From Macrostomum lignano (taxonomy: Eukaryota): a DNA stretch of 64,000 bases. The stretch lies in contig NIVC01001672.1 of assembly GCA_002269645.1 (NCBI GenBank), positions 53,162-117,161 on the forward strand. Direction: 5' to 3'. The notes below the pieces were generated by a model. The model did not search any database, was not told where the DNA came from, and saw only the letters and a program-made list of their open reading frames with translations. The stretch's first letter is position 1; every line of letters begins with the position of its first letter. Made by a program: the position numbers and the translations under genes. Below are positions 26,503 to 45,008 of this stretch, piece by piece.

Positions 26503-26790
26503 TTAGTGAAGTTGTCTGTTGGTTGGGGACGCTTTCTTCTTGGGTACGCTATTTCTGTGCTTTTTTTGAGAAAGCGGCCTACCAGTTGGGGATGATGTCA
26601 CATGGTTAGGGACGGTGCGCTGTCTTTTGATTCTGGACGCTGTCTCTTTGTTCTGGGGATTGATTGCACCTTTTGCTTGGGGACGCTGTCTCTTGGTTCG
26701 GGGGACGCAGTCTTTTGCTTCCGGGACGCTGTCTTTTGGGTAGGGACGGTGCATCTTTGTTGGGGAGGTGTTCTCTTGGTTGGAGCAACT
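26503..26790 (-). repeat. Inverted, degenerate cluster of the same satellite motif (GGGACGCTGTCTCTTG)
   Basis: Reverse complements of the array monomer begin ~70 bp after the forward array ends. Confidence 0.9.
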
Positions 26791-27589
26791 GGAACAACAA
26801 CTGCAGAGTTAATCCTTTTTTCGGTTGCTTTTGCAACGGGAAATGCCTTTAGTAAACAGTAGTCATATATTCTAATGGGCCGGTATCTGACATTTTTTGA
26901 AAAACGCCTGGAAGCAGGAAAAAGCGGTTTATGCGTTCTCAATTGGCGAAAACTTTTGTCCTGCAAGATCGATTTTGCGCTATTCCTTTGCTTACGGACC
27001 ATAGCGCTAGATCATAGAAGGTCTCGACTAACTAAACACCTACCCCATTCCCTGGTGTGGCGTTCAGCCTCGACCCAACTAGCTTTGGAGATGACCTATG
27101 AGGTTGAAATGCATCGGGATTAAAGAGCTATTGACCCTTTGGTATTTTACCCCAAATTATTTCACATCGGTTGCCACTATGATAGAAAATAAATGGAAAC
27201 AAAGACAGTTTAGTCTTTTTGTGTGAAGTAAAAAATAGGTTATAGGGCACCTGGCCAAAGATATATTTAAAGTTTTATAAATTAGAGAAAAGAGGCAAGA
27301 GACAGCAGACGAGGAAGACAGAGATAAGCAAAGAGACGCGAAGTAGCAGCCAATCAGAGGAAGGAATTTTAAGAGAACAGACTAACAAACGCACAGAAAC
27401 GAAAATATGAGAAAGATGAGAAGTGCAAGAATGGACAAGAGAGAGTTCATGGAAGTTAAAAAAGGTGGCAGATGCGCGGCCCTGAAATCTCGTTTTTGGA
27501 AAGAAGAAAACCGCGTTACATTAAAAAACGTTCTGCCTCAAAGCAAATGCTTAAACAGTTATGGCATTAAAAAATTAAATGCTAGGACA

Positions 27590-28408
27590 TTAAAAAATCA
27601 GAGCATAAACCGGGAGTAACTGTTCACTTCTGAATACAGCGTATTCAGCGAACGCAAATCCTGGACGATTTGGCGTTACTTGCTGCCCGTGCACCGAGTC
27701 AACTCCAAGCTGACGCATCTGGGCAGCGTCCAGGTTACGATCCTCTCGGTTCCGCGACAAAACTTTGCCCAGTCGGACCCGGCAGGCGACGATGCATTTT
27801 TCTGCATCGCTGCAGTATCTTATTGCCTTGGCAGCAGAGTCGGTTAGATAGATGGCTTTACCAAATGTCCCCTGCTTGTTCCCAATTTTAAAGCCGGTTT
27901 GAAAAATTCGTTCTGCATTCTGGCATGTTGTGCCGTGAAACAGAAGCACTGGTGCTGAATCGTCCAGTAGCTGAAATTTGACCAGCCGGAAGTTCGTCAG
28001 GAGCTGCTTATTCCTCTGCATGTATGCTCGACGGAGTTCGATTTTTATTTTGTTAGACTTTAAATTGTCTGCTACCCTGGAGAGAAGGGGCTGCAAAAGG
28101 GGATCGTCCAGATCCATTTCCTTGGTCGATTGGCTGTGCTTGCAGGAGTTACCGGAAAGTTCACCAACGTTCATAGGATCGTCATCGCAGTCGTCTTCCT
28201 CTCCTTCCTTGAGAATCTCATCCGGACAAAAAAGCGTTTTCGACTCTTTCAGCTTAAAGCATCTCTTCCTTAACGCATCAGGTGACGATTCGATTCCAGT
28301 TAGCTGTATAAATTCTTCATTAACCAGTTTCCAGGCCACTATCGGGACCATTTTTGTATGCTTCCTCTGAAGATTCTTAAGAATGCTATCAGCATGTGAT
28401 GACGACAT
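27590..28408 (-). CDS. Intronless 272-aa protein: N-terminal Myb/SANT-like segment, acidic linker, PARP-family (tankyrase-like) ADP-ribosyltransferase catalytic domain
   Basis: LLFHGT, FGKAIYLTDSAAKAIRY, ACRVRLGK, DSVHG and FAEYAVFRSEQLLPVY give an intact H-Y-E triad. The N-terminal W..V..EF...TG...S.DALRKR..KLK resembles Myb/SANT helices 2-3 (lower confidence). ATG context ACCATGT; uninterrupted ORF. Confidence 0.85.
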   Translation of the reverse strand: MSSSHADSILKNLQRKHTKMVPIVAWKLVNEEFIQLTGIESSPDALRKRCFKLKESKTLFCPDEILKEGEEDDCDDDPMNVGELSGNSCKHSQSTKEMDLDDPLLQPLLSRVADNLKSNKIKIELRRAYMQRNKQLLTNFRLVKFQLLDDSAPVLLFHGTTCQNAERIFQTGFKIGNKQGTFGKAIYLTDSAAKAIRYCSDAEKCIVACRVRLGKVLSRNREDRNLDAAQMRQLGVDSVHGQQVTPNRPGFAFAEYAVFRSEQLLPVYALIF

Positions 28409-28734
28409 GGTCTCCTCTTTGCTTTCGGCAGCCGGACGTTTTGCGGTAAGAAAGAAACGACTTTTTCGCTTACGAGAATAATGAAATTAAATGGATTGCT
28501 AATCTGAGACATTTTTTTACTTCCGCTTTCCACTAGAGAATTTGACCCCCAGTATGTGCCACAGACTTAGTAAAACAAAGTAACCTTTGATGAAAATCCC
28601 TCTTGACATAATATACTTAGCTGCAGAAAGAGCTCTCGACGGAGCGGAGCGGGATGGCAATAACGCTAACCCCATACGATCAGCCGAAACTGAGTAGTAA
28701 AAATCCCTCGAAATCCATAAGTTCTTACGCGTGG

Positions 28735-29002
28735 ATAGGGACGCTGTGAATGCCCTATCGCTCTTTTAGCTGGGACGCTGTCTCTTGGTTCCTGATTCCG
28801 GGTACGCTGTCTTCTGGTTGGGGACGCTGTCTCTTGATTGGGGACGCTGTCTCTTGGTTGGGGACGCTGTCTCTTGATTGGGGACGCTGTCTCTTGGTTC
28901 CGGGGACGCTGTCTCTTCGTTCCCGGCACGCTGTCTCTTGATTGGGACGCTGTCTCTTGGTTCCGGCGACGGTGTCTCTTTGTGTCTCTTGGTGTCTCTT
29001 GG
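28735..29002 (-). repeat. Second inverted cluster of the satellite motif, upstream of the PARP ORF
   Basis: About 11 copies of GGGACGCTGTCTCTTG(G/A)TT. Confidence 0.92.
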
Positions 29003-29117
29003 CTCAAATTTACTTTTGAGTTGTAGGACTCTATTGTGCTGGCGTTCTGTGGCTGTTTGATTTGCAATTTTAATTTTTTGCGTTTAAATGAATGATGGAT
29101 GATCCAAGGCCGCAGTT

Positions 29118-30870
29118 GGCACACTTGAAGCCCGTGTCAGGAAAGCCTCTATGTTCGCTGCGCAGCGGCACACTTGAAGCCCGTGTCAGGAAAGCCTCTA
29201 TGTTCGCTGCGCAGCGGCACACTTGAAGCCCGTGTCAGGAAAGCCTCTATGTTCGCTGCGCAGCGAGCCAATAGGATTCCCCGACGTACGCTCGTAATAA
29301 ATGTGGCTCTGGACAACGGAGTTTTTCGTCTTTTTGTCTTGAAAGCCACCCAAGCAAATCCGCCGCTGCGCCGCCGGAGGTCCTCTTCCACGTGTAGCAC
29401 CAGACCGCCGAGGTAGGTGAACCGCTGGCAGCGTGCGAGCTTGGTCGTGTGCCCATCTGCGCCGCGGCACGTCAGGATGTCGGCTGGCACAGGCAGCACC
29501 TCGGTCTTCAGCGTGTTGACAACCAGACCGACGCTCGATGCCACCTCAACCAGCTTGTCGATCTGGCGCTGGGCGCCTTCAACGGACGAGGACCGGAGGG
29601 TGAGCAGTTTTTGTCGTGGCGGCGATGGATGCGTCTGCGCAGCAGGAAGCCGTCGTCAGCCGAGGGGAGTGCTATCCAAAGTACCCAGTCCAGCAGCAGC
29701 ACGAAGAGGAACGGCGCCAGCGTGTCGCCCTGAAGAACTCGAGTATCGCAATACAGCGACATGACAGCGCCAATTAGCTGCTGCGGGACCCGGTAGGCTC
29801 GAAGGATGAAGGCAAGCGCGGCCCTCTACACCGAGTTAAACGCCTTTCGAAAGGCAACGAAGACAATGATCAGCCTAGACTAGCGGATGCGCGCCTCCTC
29901 GATGACACGGCGGAGTGCGAGGATCTGTATCACAGCAGGCCGGAATTCGTTTTGCTCGATTGCAGGTACGGGTCCAGCACTGATTGCAGAAGATCGAGCA
30001 GCAGCCGGTTGAAGAGCTTCGCGGTGCAGGACATCAGTGGGATCCCGCGGTGTTCTTCTTTTCGCGTTGTCCCTGCCTTCTTCGGGATCGGCACGATGTG
30101 CACGACGGCCCACTCGGTGGGCGCAAGAGCGCCGGAGAGCACACGGTTCATGACGCCTGTGACCTGGGAGGCCACACAGCGTAGCCGCAGCGCTTCGACT
30201 GGGACTTCGTTGGGGCCGAGCGCCTTGCCGCCTGGTGATTGCCGAGCGAACAGCACGTCCTCCGTGGTGACTGGGCTGGTGCAGGAGTCCTCCTTAGCTG
30301 GGAGCGGCGTGTCCAGTAGGAGCGCAAAGCTGAAGGGCAGCGGCGACGCGGGCGCATTCACGATGTCGGCGAAGAAGTCACGCCATTCATTCCTGCGCTT
30401 CTCCGGGGTGTCACCGGCCAGGTTCAGCGCCACGCGCTTTTTGCGCCCCGTCAGAGTCCGGACGGCCGTTCACACTGTGCGGCTCTTCACGTCGCGGCCG
30501 GCTGCAGTGATAGTGATGGATGCAGTGATGGCTGCAATAATGCGCTTGCAAGTGCAAACCAGCGCATGACCGAGTTGCGCCAGTCTCCTCGTGGCGTTGC
30601 ACCCGCCTGCGTTCTGCCACCTTCTCTTGCAGCCCGCAAAGGTGACCAGGCGGGCGGGGGGCTTGCGGAACTGGGTGTTCGCAGACACCAGATCCAGCCG
30701 GTGAAGCAGATCCTCCAGTGCATCAATTTTGTCGTTCTCGCGTTGCGCGACAAAGGGCGAGCGCTCGGACCTCCGCGGGACTGCGTTCAGGTCTCCGAGT
30801 ACCGCCAGCGTGTCGCGGTTTGGCACCTCTTCCAGCTGCCTAGCCAGGAAGTCGAAGAACTGGTTGAAAC
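29118..30870 (-). mobile_element. Dead RTE-type LINE with internal deletions, truncated at both ends
   Basis: QFFDFLARQLEEVPNRDTLAVLGDLNAV, LNLAGDTPEKRRNE, KALGPNEVPVEAL, EHRGIPLMSCTAKLFNR, VLQGDTLAPFLF and FTYLGGLV align to the element at 41552. The YADD region is lost; many frameshifts. Confidence 0.93.
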
Positions 30871-31266
30871 GGATGCCTCACTTGACGGAATTGGTTGGCA
30901 GTTGTTGGAACTGATTGACTGTTTGTTGGAAATGTATACAAACTGTCGAATCTGTGTCGCAGTTTGTCGAAACTGGTTGAAAATTGAAGCTGTCACAGCC
31001 AAAAAGTGTCGGAATCGGATGCCAGAAATTAAAATTGGTTGCAGGTGGTTCAAAATTGAAAGTGAAAAGGTGTGGTTGGCTGGTCATGTTCTCCGCGTGT
31101 TCTGAGAAGGGGCACTGGCTGTACATTCTGTGCACTTGGCTGCAACCCAAACCGCCCGTCCCTAGACCTTGCCTTTCGATTTTGACTAAAATTATGTACA
31201 TTATAAGTTATTGATTCAATTTACACAAATATCATATTTATTTACTCGCAACCGACTTGTTAGTTC

Positions 31267-31315
31267 AAATAAACCTGAAGATGCACATTGTAGCGCGAAA
31301 CGCGTCGTCTCATTG
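31267..31315 (+). ncRNA. Minimal type-I hammerhead ribozyme motif of Penelope-like retroelement type
   Basis: CTGAAGA (31275-31281), T-GCAC/loop/GCGC stem II, GAAA, palindromic stem III ACGCGT, GTC cleavage triplet (31304-31306). Stem I is degenerate. Confidence 0.6.
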
Positions 31316-31619
31316 GACCTATGTTGATTTTCGGTCTCCTCTTCATAAGCGTGATAATCGGCCATAAGCTTGAGATGAGTTTGCTGCCATCGATCTGATC
31401 AAAATCATGTCCTAATCTGATCAAACAAATGGCGAAGCACTGCAGCAGGAGGTGACTGCACAGTAAAAAAAATTTAACATCAGAGTCAAATTTAGGAGAA
31501 GAGCCATTGTCCTTAACTCTGACTTCCAATGAACCCTCCATTCCTGTCAAGCAACACTTCGCCTTTTTTAGTATCTATCGATAGAGACAAACGGAACACT
31601 GTAATTACTTGCCCAGGCC

Positions 31620-32780
31620 AGCGGTACCCAGGCCAAGAAGAGTCCCAGAGTCTCTTGCGTGGCACCAGAGTCGTTTCAGAGTCGTTGCAGATGACACAGG
31701 TAAAATTGGAAAGTGACTCTAAATGACTCTAGAACGACGAGATGTCACGGTGCAAGGCGCCAAAAAGTCATCAAAGAGTCGCTCAAGAATCACTTTGAAG
31801 CTTTTTTTTGCCTGCGACTCTGAAACGACTCTGGGGCACCGGTATAATGACTCTGGGGCTGTAGAGTCGTATTTGAGGTGTGCTAGAGTCGCTGTAGAGT
31901 CACTGAGTTGTGTTTGAAGCGCATTTGCGTCGCTTGATGAATCAGAGTCACATCTCCAGCAAAATTTAAGCGCCGACACAACGATTCTTGGACGACTCTT
32001 TCGCGACTCTTTCACGATTCTGCAATTCACGTGACGCGCTTGTGACGCAACAGTCGCCTCTCCGTCGCATTAGACGCGTTTGAGTCGTTAAAAAGTCACA
32101 AGAGTTGCCCAAGAGTCGCTAAGAGTCACAAGCCAAAAGTCAAAAGTCACGAGCCAAAAGTCGCAAGAGTTGCCCAAGAGTCGCTAAGAGTCACAAGCCA
32201 AAAGTCAAAAGTCACGAGCCAAAAGTCGCAAGAGTTGCCCAAGAGTCGCTAAGAGTCACAAGCCAAAAGTCAAAAGTCACGAGCCAAAAGTCGCAAGAGT
32301 TGCCCAAGAGTCGCTAAGAGTCACAAGCCAAAAGTCAAAAGTCACGAGCCAAAAGTCGCAAGGGTTGCCCAAGAGTCGCTAAGAGTCACAAGCCAAAAGT
32401 CAAAAGTCACGAGCCAAAAGTCACAAGAGTTGCCCAAGAGTCGCTAAGAGTCACAAGCCAAAAGTCAAAAGTCACGAGCCAAAAGTCGCAAGAGTTGCCC
32501 AAGAGTCGCTAAGAGTCACAAGCCAAAAGTCAAAAGTCACGAGCCAAAAGTCGCAAGGGTTGCCCAAGAGTCGCTAAGAGTCACAAGCCAAAAGTCAAAA
32601 GTCACGAGCCAAAAGTCACAAGAGTTGCCCAAGAGTCGCTAAGAGTCACAAGCCAAAAGTCAAAAGTCACGAGCCAAAAGTCGCAAGAGTTGCCCAAGAG
32701 TCGCTAAGAGTCACAAGCCAAAAGTCAAAAGTCACGAGCCAAAAGTCGCAAGGGTTGCCCAAGAGTCGCTAAGAGTCGCT
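31620..32780. repeat. GAGTC/GACTC-rich dispersed element whose end is amplified into a 65 bp tandem array (32085-32780)
   Basis: About 10.5 copies of AGAGTTGCCCAAGAGTCGCTAAGAGTCACAAGCCAAAAGTCAAAAGTCACGAGCCAAAAGTCGCA. The body (31850-32100) matches 57060-57295. Confidence 0.88.
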
Positions 32781-33493
32781 AGTAGTTGTTTGCAATGACC
32801 CTTTAGCGATTCTTGTCACGGTAACATTTTCAACGGGTTGACCAAGGAGAATCAGGAACGCGTTCGGCTTGACACAACGACCGCGCGTTTATAGTTGCAC
32901 CAAATCATAAATTACCAAAGGATCGATGATCTTTCGCAACATGGTTATTAATATTTGTTTGCATAGCATTTTCGTTTACTTTTACTTATACATGTAGTAG
33001 AGTAGTAAGTAATAAAGTAAGAGTCATTCATTTCGGTCTTAAAACGTATGCAGAATAGCTTATTCTGCATCAATTGAGGACAGACAAAACCATCGACAAT
33101 CCGTGTGTGAAATCAAGCGGAAGAAAATTGGACCACTTTTTACATTGAGTTGGCTGTAAAAGTTAACAATTTATAACAATGTAAAACAAAGAGACAAGAA
33201 CAATCAGAAGTTTGGAAGCCAAAACCCGGCCTCCCAGTGAGATTTGCAAGACCTGCAGTGTAGCATACTTTTAATTTCGCTGTATTTTGGATACAAAATT
33301 TCCAAAAGAGATGTTCAAACGGTTTCTCAGAAAAATGACGTGTATTTGATTTTATTCAATGAAAAAGAGGAATATGAATAAACAGTGATCGAGAACTGTC
33401 ATATTTTACAGAATTTACTCGAAAAATGAAGAATTACCGCTCACTCGGTCGAGAATCCACGATTTGCACAACTAACAGCTACTAATAATACTA

Positions 33494-34750
33494 CTACTGA
33501 CTGGACGGAGTGACAGTAGTCTGTACAGAGTTTCTGAGTCTGTGAGATTTGCTCATGGAGAGAACGAACAGAACCATGAGCAGCAGAGCCACCACCAGAG
33601 CTACTGAGATCCACAGTCGGTACTGGCAGATGGCAGCGCAGATTTTCCTCCGGCCGGACTTGGCCGGACTTGAGCACTCGTCTAGCTGTCGAATCTCGCC
33701 GTCCGAAGCTCGAGTGTGCCTCTGCCACGAGACTGATTTCTTACTTTGCCGCCGTTGCTGTCGCAGGAGCTGCATACTCTGCGCCGCCTCCAAGTCTTCA
33801 TCTTCTTGTGAGTCTGAGCCATTGATCGCTGGCGGCAGGCAAAATTCGTTCTCAAGCTTTGATAGAGCAATACGAGATGTTTCTAAGAAATTTTGGCGCG
33901 ATTTCAAACTGTCCGGATCGCCGTCGGTGTTGCCGGAATCGGCGTGTCGCTTGAGCAGCTGCAGAGTCTCGCTGAGTTCATCCAGGCTCCACTTCACACT
34001 GCGAATGCCGTTCTTGACGGCCCCTGATTCCGTTGTGAAGGATTCAATTTTCTTATATTACTACTGATCTGTCATAAACTGAGTAGCAAGTTATAAAATA
34101 AAAACTTCACAAACTGACATTAAGCGTTATTTTTCTCGTATTTCTAATCAAATTGGGGAGAGTATACCCTCGCCATATCCCTAGTATACCCTCCCCATAT
34201 CCCTAGTATACCCGCCCCATAGTATACCCTTCCCCATATCCCTAGTATACCCGCCCCATATCCCTAGTATACCCGCCCCATAGTATACCCTTCCCCATAT
34301 CCCTAGTATACCCGCCCCATATCCCTAGTATACCCGCCCCATATCCCTAGTATACTCTCCCCATATCCCTTAGTATACCCTCCCAGATCCCCAGTATATC
34401 CTCCCTATGTTCCCAGTCTCCCAGTAGTTCATGGGATAACCAGGTTGCATTGCTATACGCCTTCAAAAGGCAACTAAACAAAATACACTGTATCTGAAAT
34501 CCCCACGGAACTATTAACAGTAAGCTAAGGCATTACCTTTCAGCTCCTGCAGCTCAAACTCCATAGCTTCGGTCCACTGGCCGCCGCTGTCTCGAGTGCA
34601 CCGCAGGTTCCTCCAAGTCTCCGCGGTGGCCAGCAGGCGCTCAAAAGACGCCGCGGCCTCTCGCTGATCCAGCATGAACGGGTCGGTCATGTGGCTGCTG
34701 CTGCAACTGCTGCTTTTGCTCTCGTTTCCTGCTTCTGCCGCACAACGCAT
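33494..34750 (-). CDS. STX6: Syntaxin-6/10-like protein (Syntaxin-6_N Habc domain and C-terminal TM anchor; SNARE motif shortened). Exons 34750 (or ATG 34690)-34537 and 34023-33494
   Basis: MTDPF...W..L...ELQELK|GAVKNGIRSVKWSLDELSETL...LKSRQNFLETSR matches the STX6 N-terminal pattern (DPF...W...L.SIEWDL.DL.ETI...R..FI..TR). Phase-1 GT-AG intron; hydrophobic LWISVALVVALLLMVLFVL near the C-terminus. Confidence 0.78.
34161..34410. repeat. ~22 bp minisatellite (AGTATACCCTCCCCATATCCCT) in the STX6-like intron
   Basis: Tandem copies read directly. Confidence 0.93.
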
Positions 34751-35011
34751 GATTTAATAATTTCTTTCGAATAATTTCCAGGTACTTCTTTGAAAATGCA
34801 GGCCAATGTAGCTATAATTAAAGTAGCTGACTTTATCTTATCAACGGCCGAACTCAATTTTTGGTTAGAGACTTCTGCTTGAGCTGGGCCCCACGGCGCG
34901 GAAACAACCGCTGACTGAGGTCTCAGGTTGGGTGCCAGTTTTTCAAGGGGTAGAAAATGGAAACGTTGCTTGTGGTTAATATGTGCATATATATTTATAT
35001 TGAATGAGGTG

Positions 35012-35238
<227 letters not shown>

Positions 35239-36084
35239 GCCAGTTGGGTCAATCGCAATCACTTGCAGCCTGAGGAGGGCGGTCATGAATAGTAGATGAA
35301 GCTGCAGCCTAGGCTGGCACTGCAGCAGCCCTAATTACTGAGGGGTGGCGGCCAAGGCAGAGCGGCTCCGCTCCACTCCGGCCAGAGGGGCGACCGGCCG
35401 TCCATCGTGTCCGACCCCCTCCCGCGGACTTGCATAAAAAGGCGAGCGATGCCAAAACCGCAGAGACAGGCCAAACTACAAAACTTTCCCAGCATATCGC
35501 GTGTCGGCCAGCTCTGTGAGAGCCGCTAACAGCTTCAGTCACACCTATTTTATATTGGAGAGACGGCGCCATGCTGCTTAAAAGGGCCCCTAGGCGAAGG
35601 GCAATAATGTGCGAGTCCTTTCCTGTTTGAGGAGGCGAAATCTCGCTCGCAGAAGAAAAAGCAGAAGAAACTACGCGCATAGAAGTCGCGCATCGTTTGG
35701 CTTGAATTACACTCCACTCCGCAAGTCACAGTTTCAGTCTGAGCCAGGCTTTTCCGCTGGGCAGCCTTTATAAACTGGCAGAGCGGAGACAGCCCCACAC
35801 GCAGGCTCCCAACTCCCGACCAAGAGCGTTCGTGCCTATTTTCTGTAGCCCAGCAGAAACCAGCAATGGACAACAGCAGTTTCTTCTTGAAAAAGAAGAC
35901 GGCTAACAGTTATTATTTTGGCCGGCCGTTGAACTCAGTTCAGGTGAGACTTCTCGAACTGCCACAGGATGCTCAGTCAGAGCTGAACTGGCTAAACGCT
36001 TTTAGTTGCTATGGTTGATCGCAGAATTACCTCCAGAACAGTCCTTGAAGATATCAACCTTGCTACTCGTATAGCTAGTCAGTC

Positions 36085-37035
36085 TAGCCCTCATTTAAGC
36101 TCCGCAGGCACTCATTTAAGCTCCGCAGGCACTCATTTTGGCGCCACAGGCACTCATTTTGGCGCCGCAGGCACTCATTTAAGCTCCGCAGGCACTCATT
36201 TAAGCGCCGCAGGCACTCATTTTGGCGCCGCAGGCACTCATTTAAGTACCGCAGGCACTCATTTAAGTACCGCAGGCACTCATTTAAGTACCGCAGGCAC
36301 TCATTTAAGTACCGCAGGCACTCATTTTGGCGCCGCAGGCACTCATTTAAGTACCGCAGGCACTCATTTTGGCGCCGCAGGCACTCATTTTGGCGCCGCA
36401 GGCACTCATTTAAGCTCCGCAGGCACTCATTTAAGTACCGCAGGCACTCATTTTGGCGCCGCAGGCACTCATTTAAGCTCCGCAGGCACTCATTTAAGTA
36501 CCGCAGGCACTCATTTTAGCTCCGCAGGCACTCATTTTAGCGCCGCAGGCACTCATTTAAGCTCCGCAGGCACTCATTTTGGCGCCACAGACACTCATTT
36601 AAGCTCCGCAGGCACTCATTTAAGCTCCGCAAGCACTCATTTAAGCTCCGCAGGCACTCATTTTGGCGCCACAGACACTCATTTAAGCTCCGCAGGCACT
36701 CATTTTGGCGCCACAGACACTCATTTAAGCTCCGCAGGCACTCATTTAAGCTCCGCAAGCACTCATTTAAGCTCCGCAAGCACTCATTTAAGCTCCGCAA
36801 GCACTCATTTTGGCGCCACAGACACTCATTTAAGCTCCGCAAGCACTCATTTTGGCGCCACAGACACTCATTTAAGCTCCGCAAGCACTCATTTAAGCTC
36901 CGCAAGCACTCATTTAAGCTCCGCAAGCACTCATTTAAGCTCCGCAAGCACTCATTTAAGCTCCGCAAGCACTCATTTTGGCGCCACAGACACTCATTTA
37001 AGCTCCGCAGGCACTCATTTAAGCTCCGCAGGCAC
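36085..37035. repeat. 21 bp minisatellite with interleaved variants (GCAGGCACTCATTTAAGCTCC / GCAGGCACTCATTTTGGCGCC)
   Basis: About 45 tandem units; the stop-free frame produces the 405-aa ORF at 36011-37228. Confidence 0.96.
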
Positions 37036-37673
37036 TTATTTTGTCGCCTGCGGTGCTATATTTTGGCGCCTTGAAGTAAAACTACTGATTTCCATAACGG
37101 CTCACAAGGTGGGGCGGGGGGGAACATTGGCATGGCCCCCCAGCCCAAAGCTTTTACTGGGGCGGGGGGGGACATGGCCCCCTGTCCCCACTCCCCTGCA
37201 ATGTACTCTTACTTGCTCGCCCCTCTGACCGCGCCGGTAGTTGCTCATCTTTCATGCACATGTACACTAGTCAGACTGATGATGGAGTTCAATGCATAAG
37301 TGACTTTCCCGCGCGGTTCTTTTGATATTAGTACGAGGCTATTAGATCTGGACTTAATTTGGTATTTATTTGCGCGCACAGATGGTTAAAGGCTGGCTAT
37401 AGGGGAGAAATAATTTAGGATTAGCTTACCTGCAGCTCAGGTATTCAGACCGAAGTGGGCGTGGCTCAGCCCAGTGTATTGGGATTAGGCTGAACAGAAT
37501 TGAATGGAATGGCCCGGAGACTAATGGGCGGGCAGGGTAAGGGCGGATCGCGTTCTCAATTCTGAGTCGCTTTATAATGGCGACTCATCCTACTGAGCAA
37601 CTCTGATCTCTAATCTGAGGCCGTTTTGTTCTCCCTTACCGCCCAGATTATCCCAGCAACCGGCGGCAGCGGC

Positions 37674-44990
<7,317 letters not shown>

Positions 44991-45008
<18 letters not shown>

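Noticed and set aside
11223-26862. Dozens of ORFs (MQRPYPRDSVP..., MGTPSLSSRDAVS...) in the satellite
   Set aside because: Translations of tandem monomers on both strands; no domain, frequent frame breaks.
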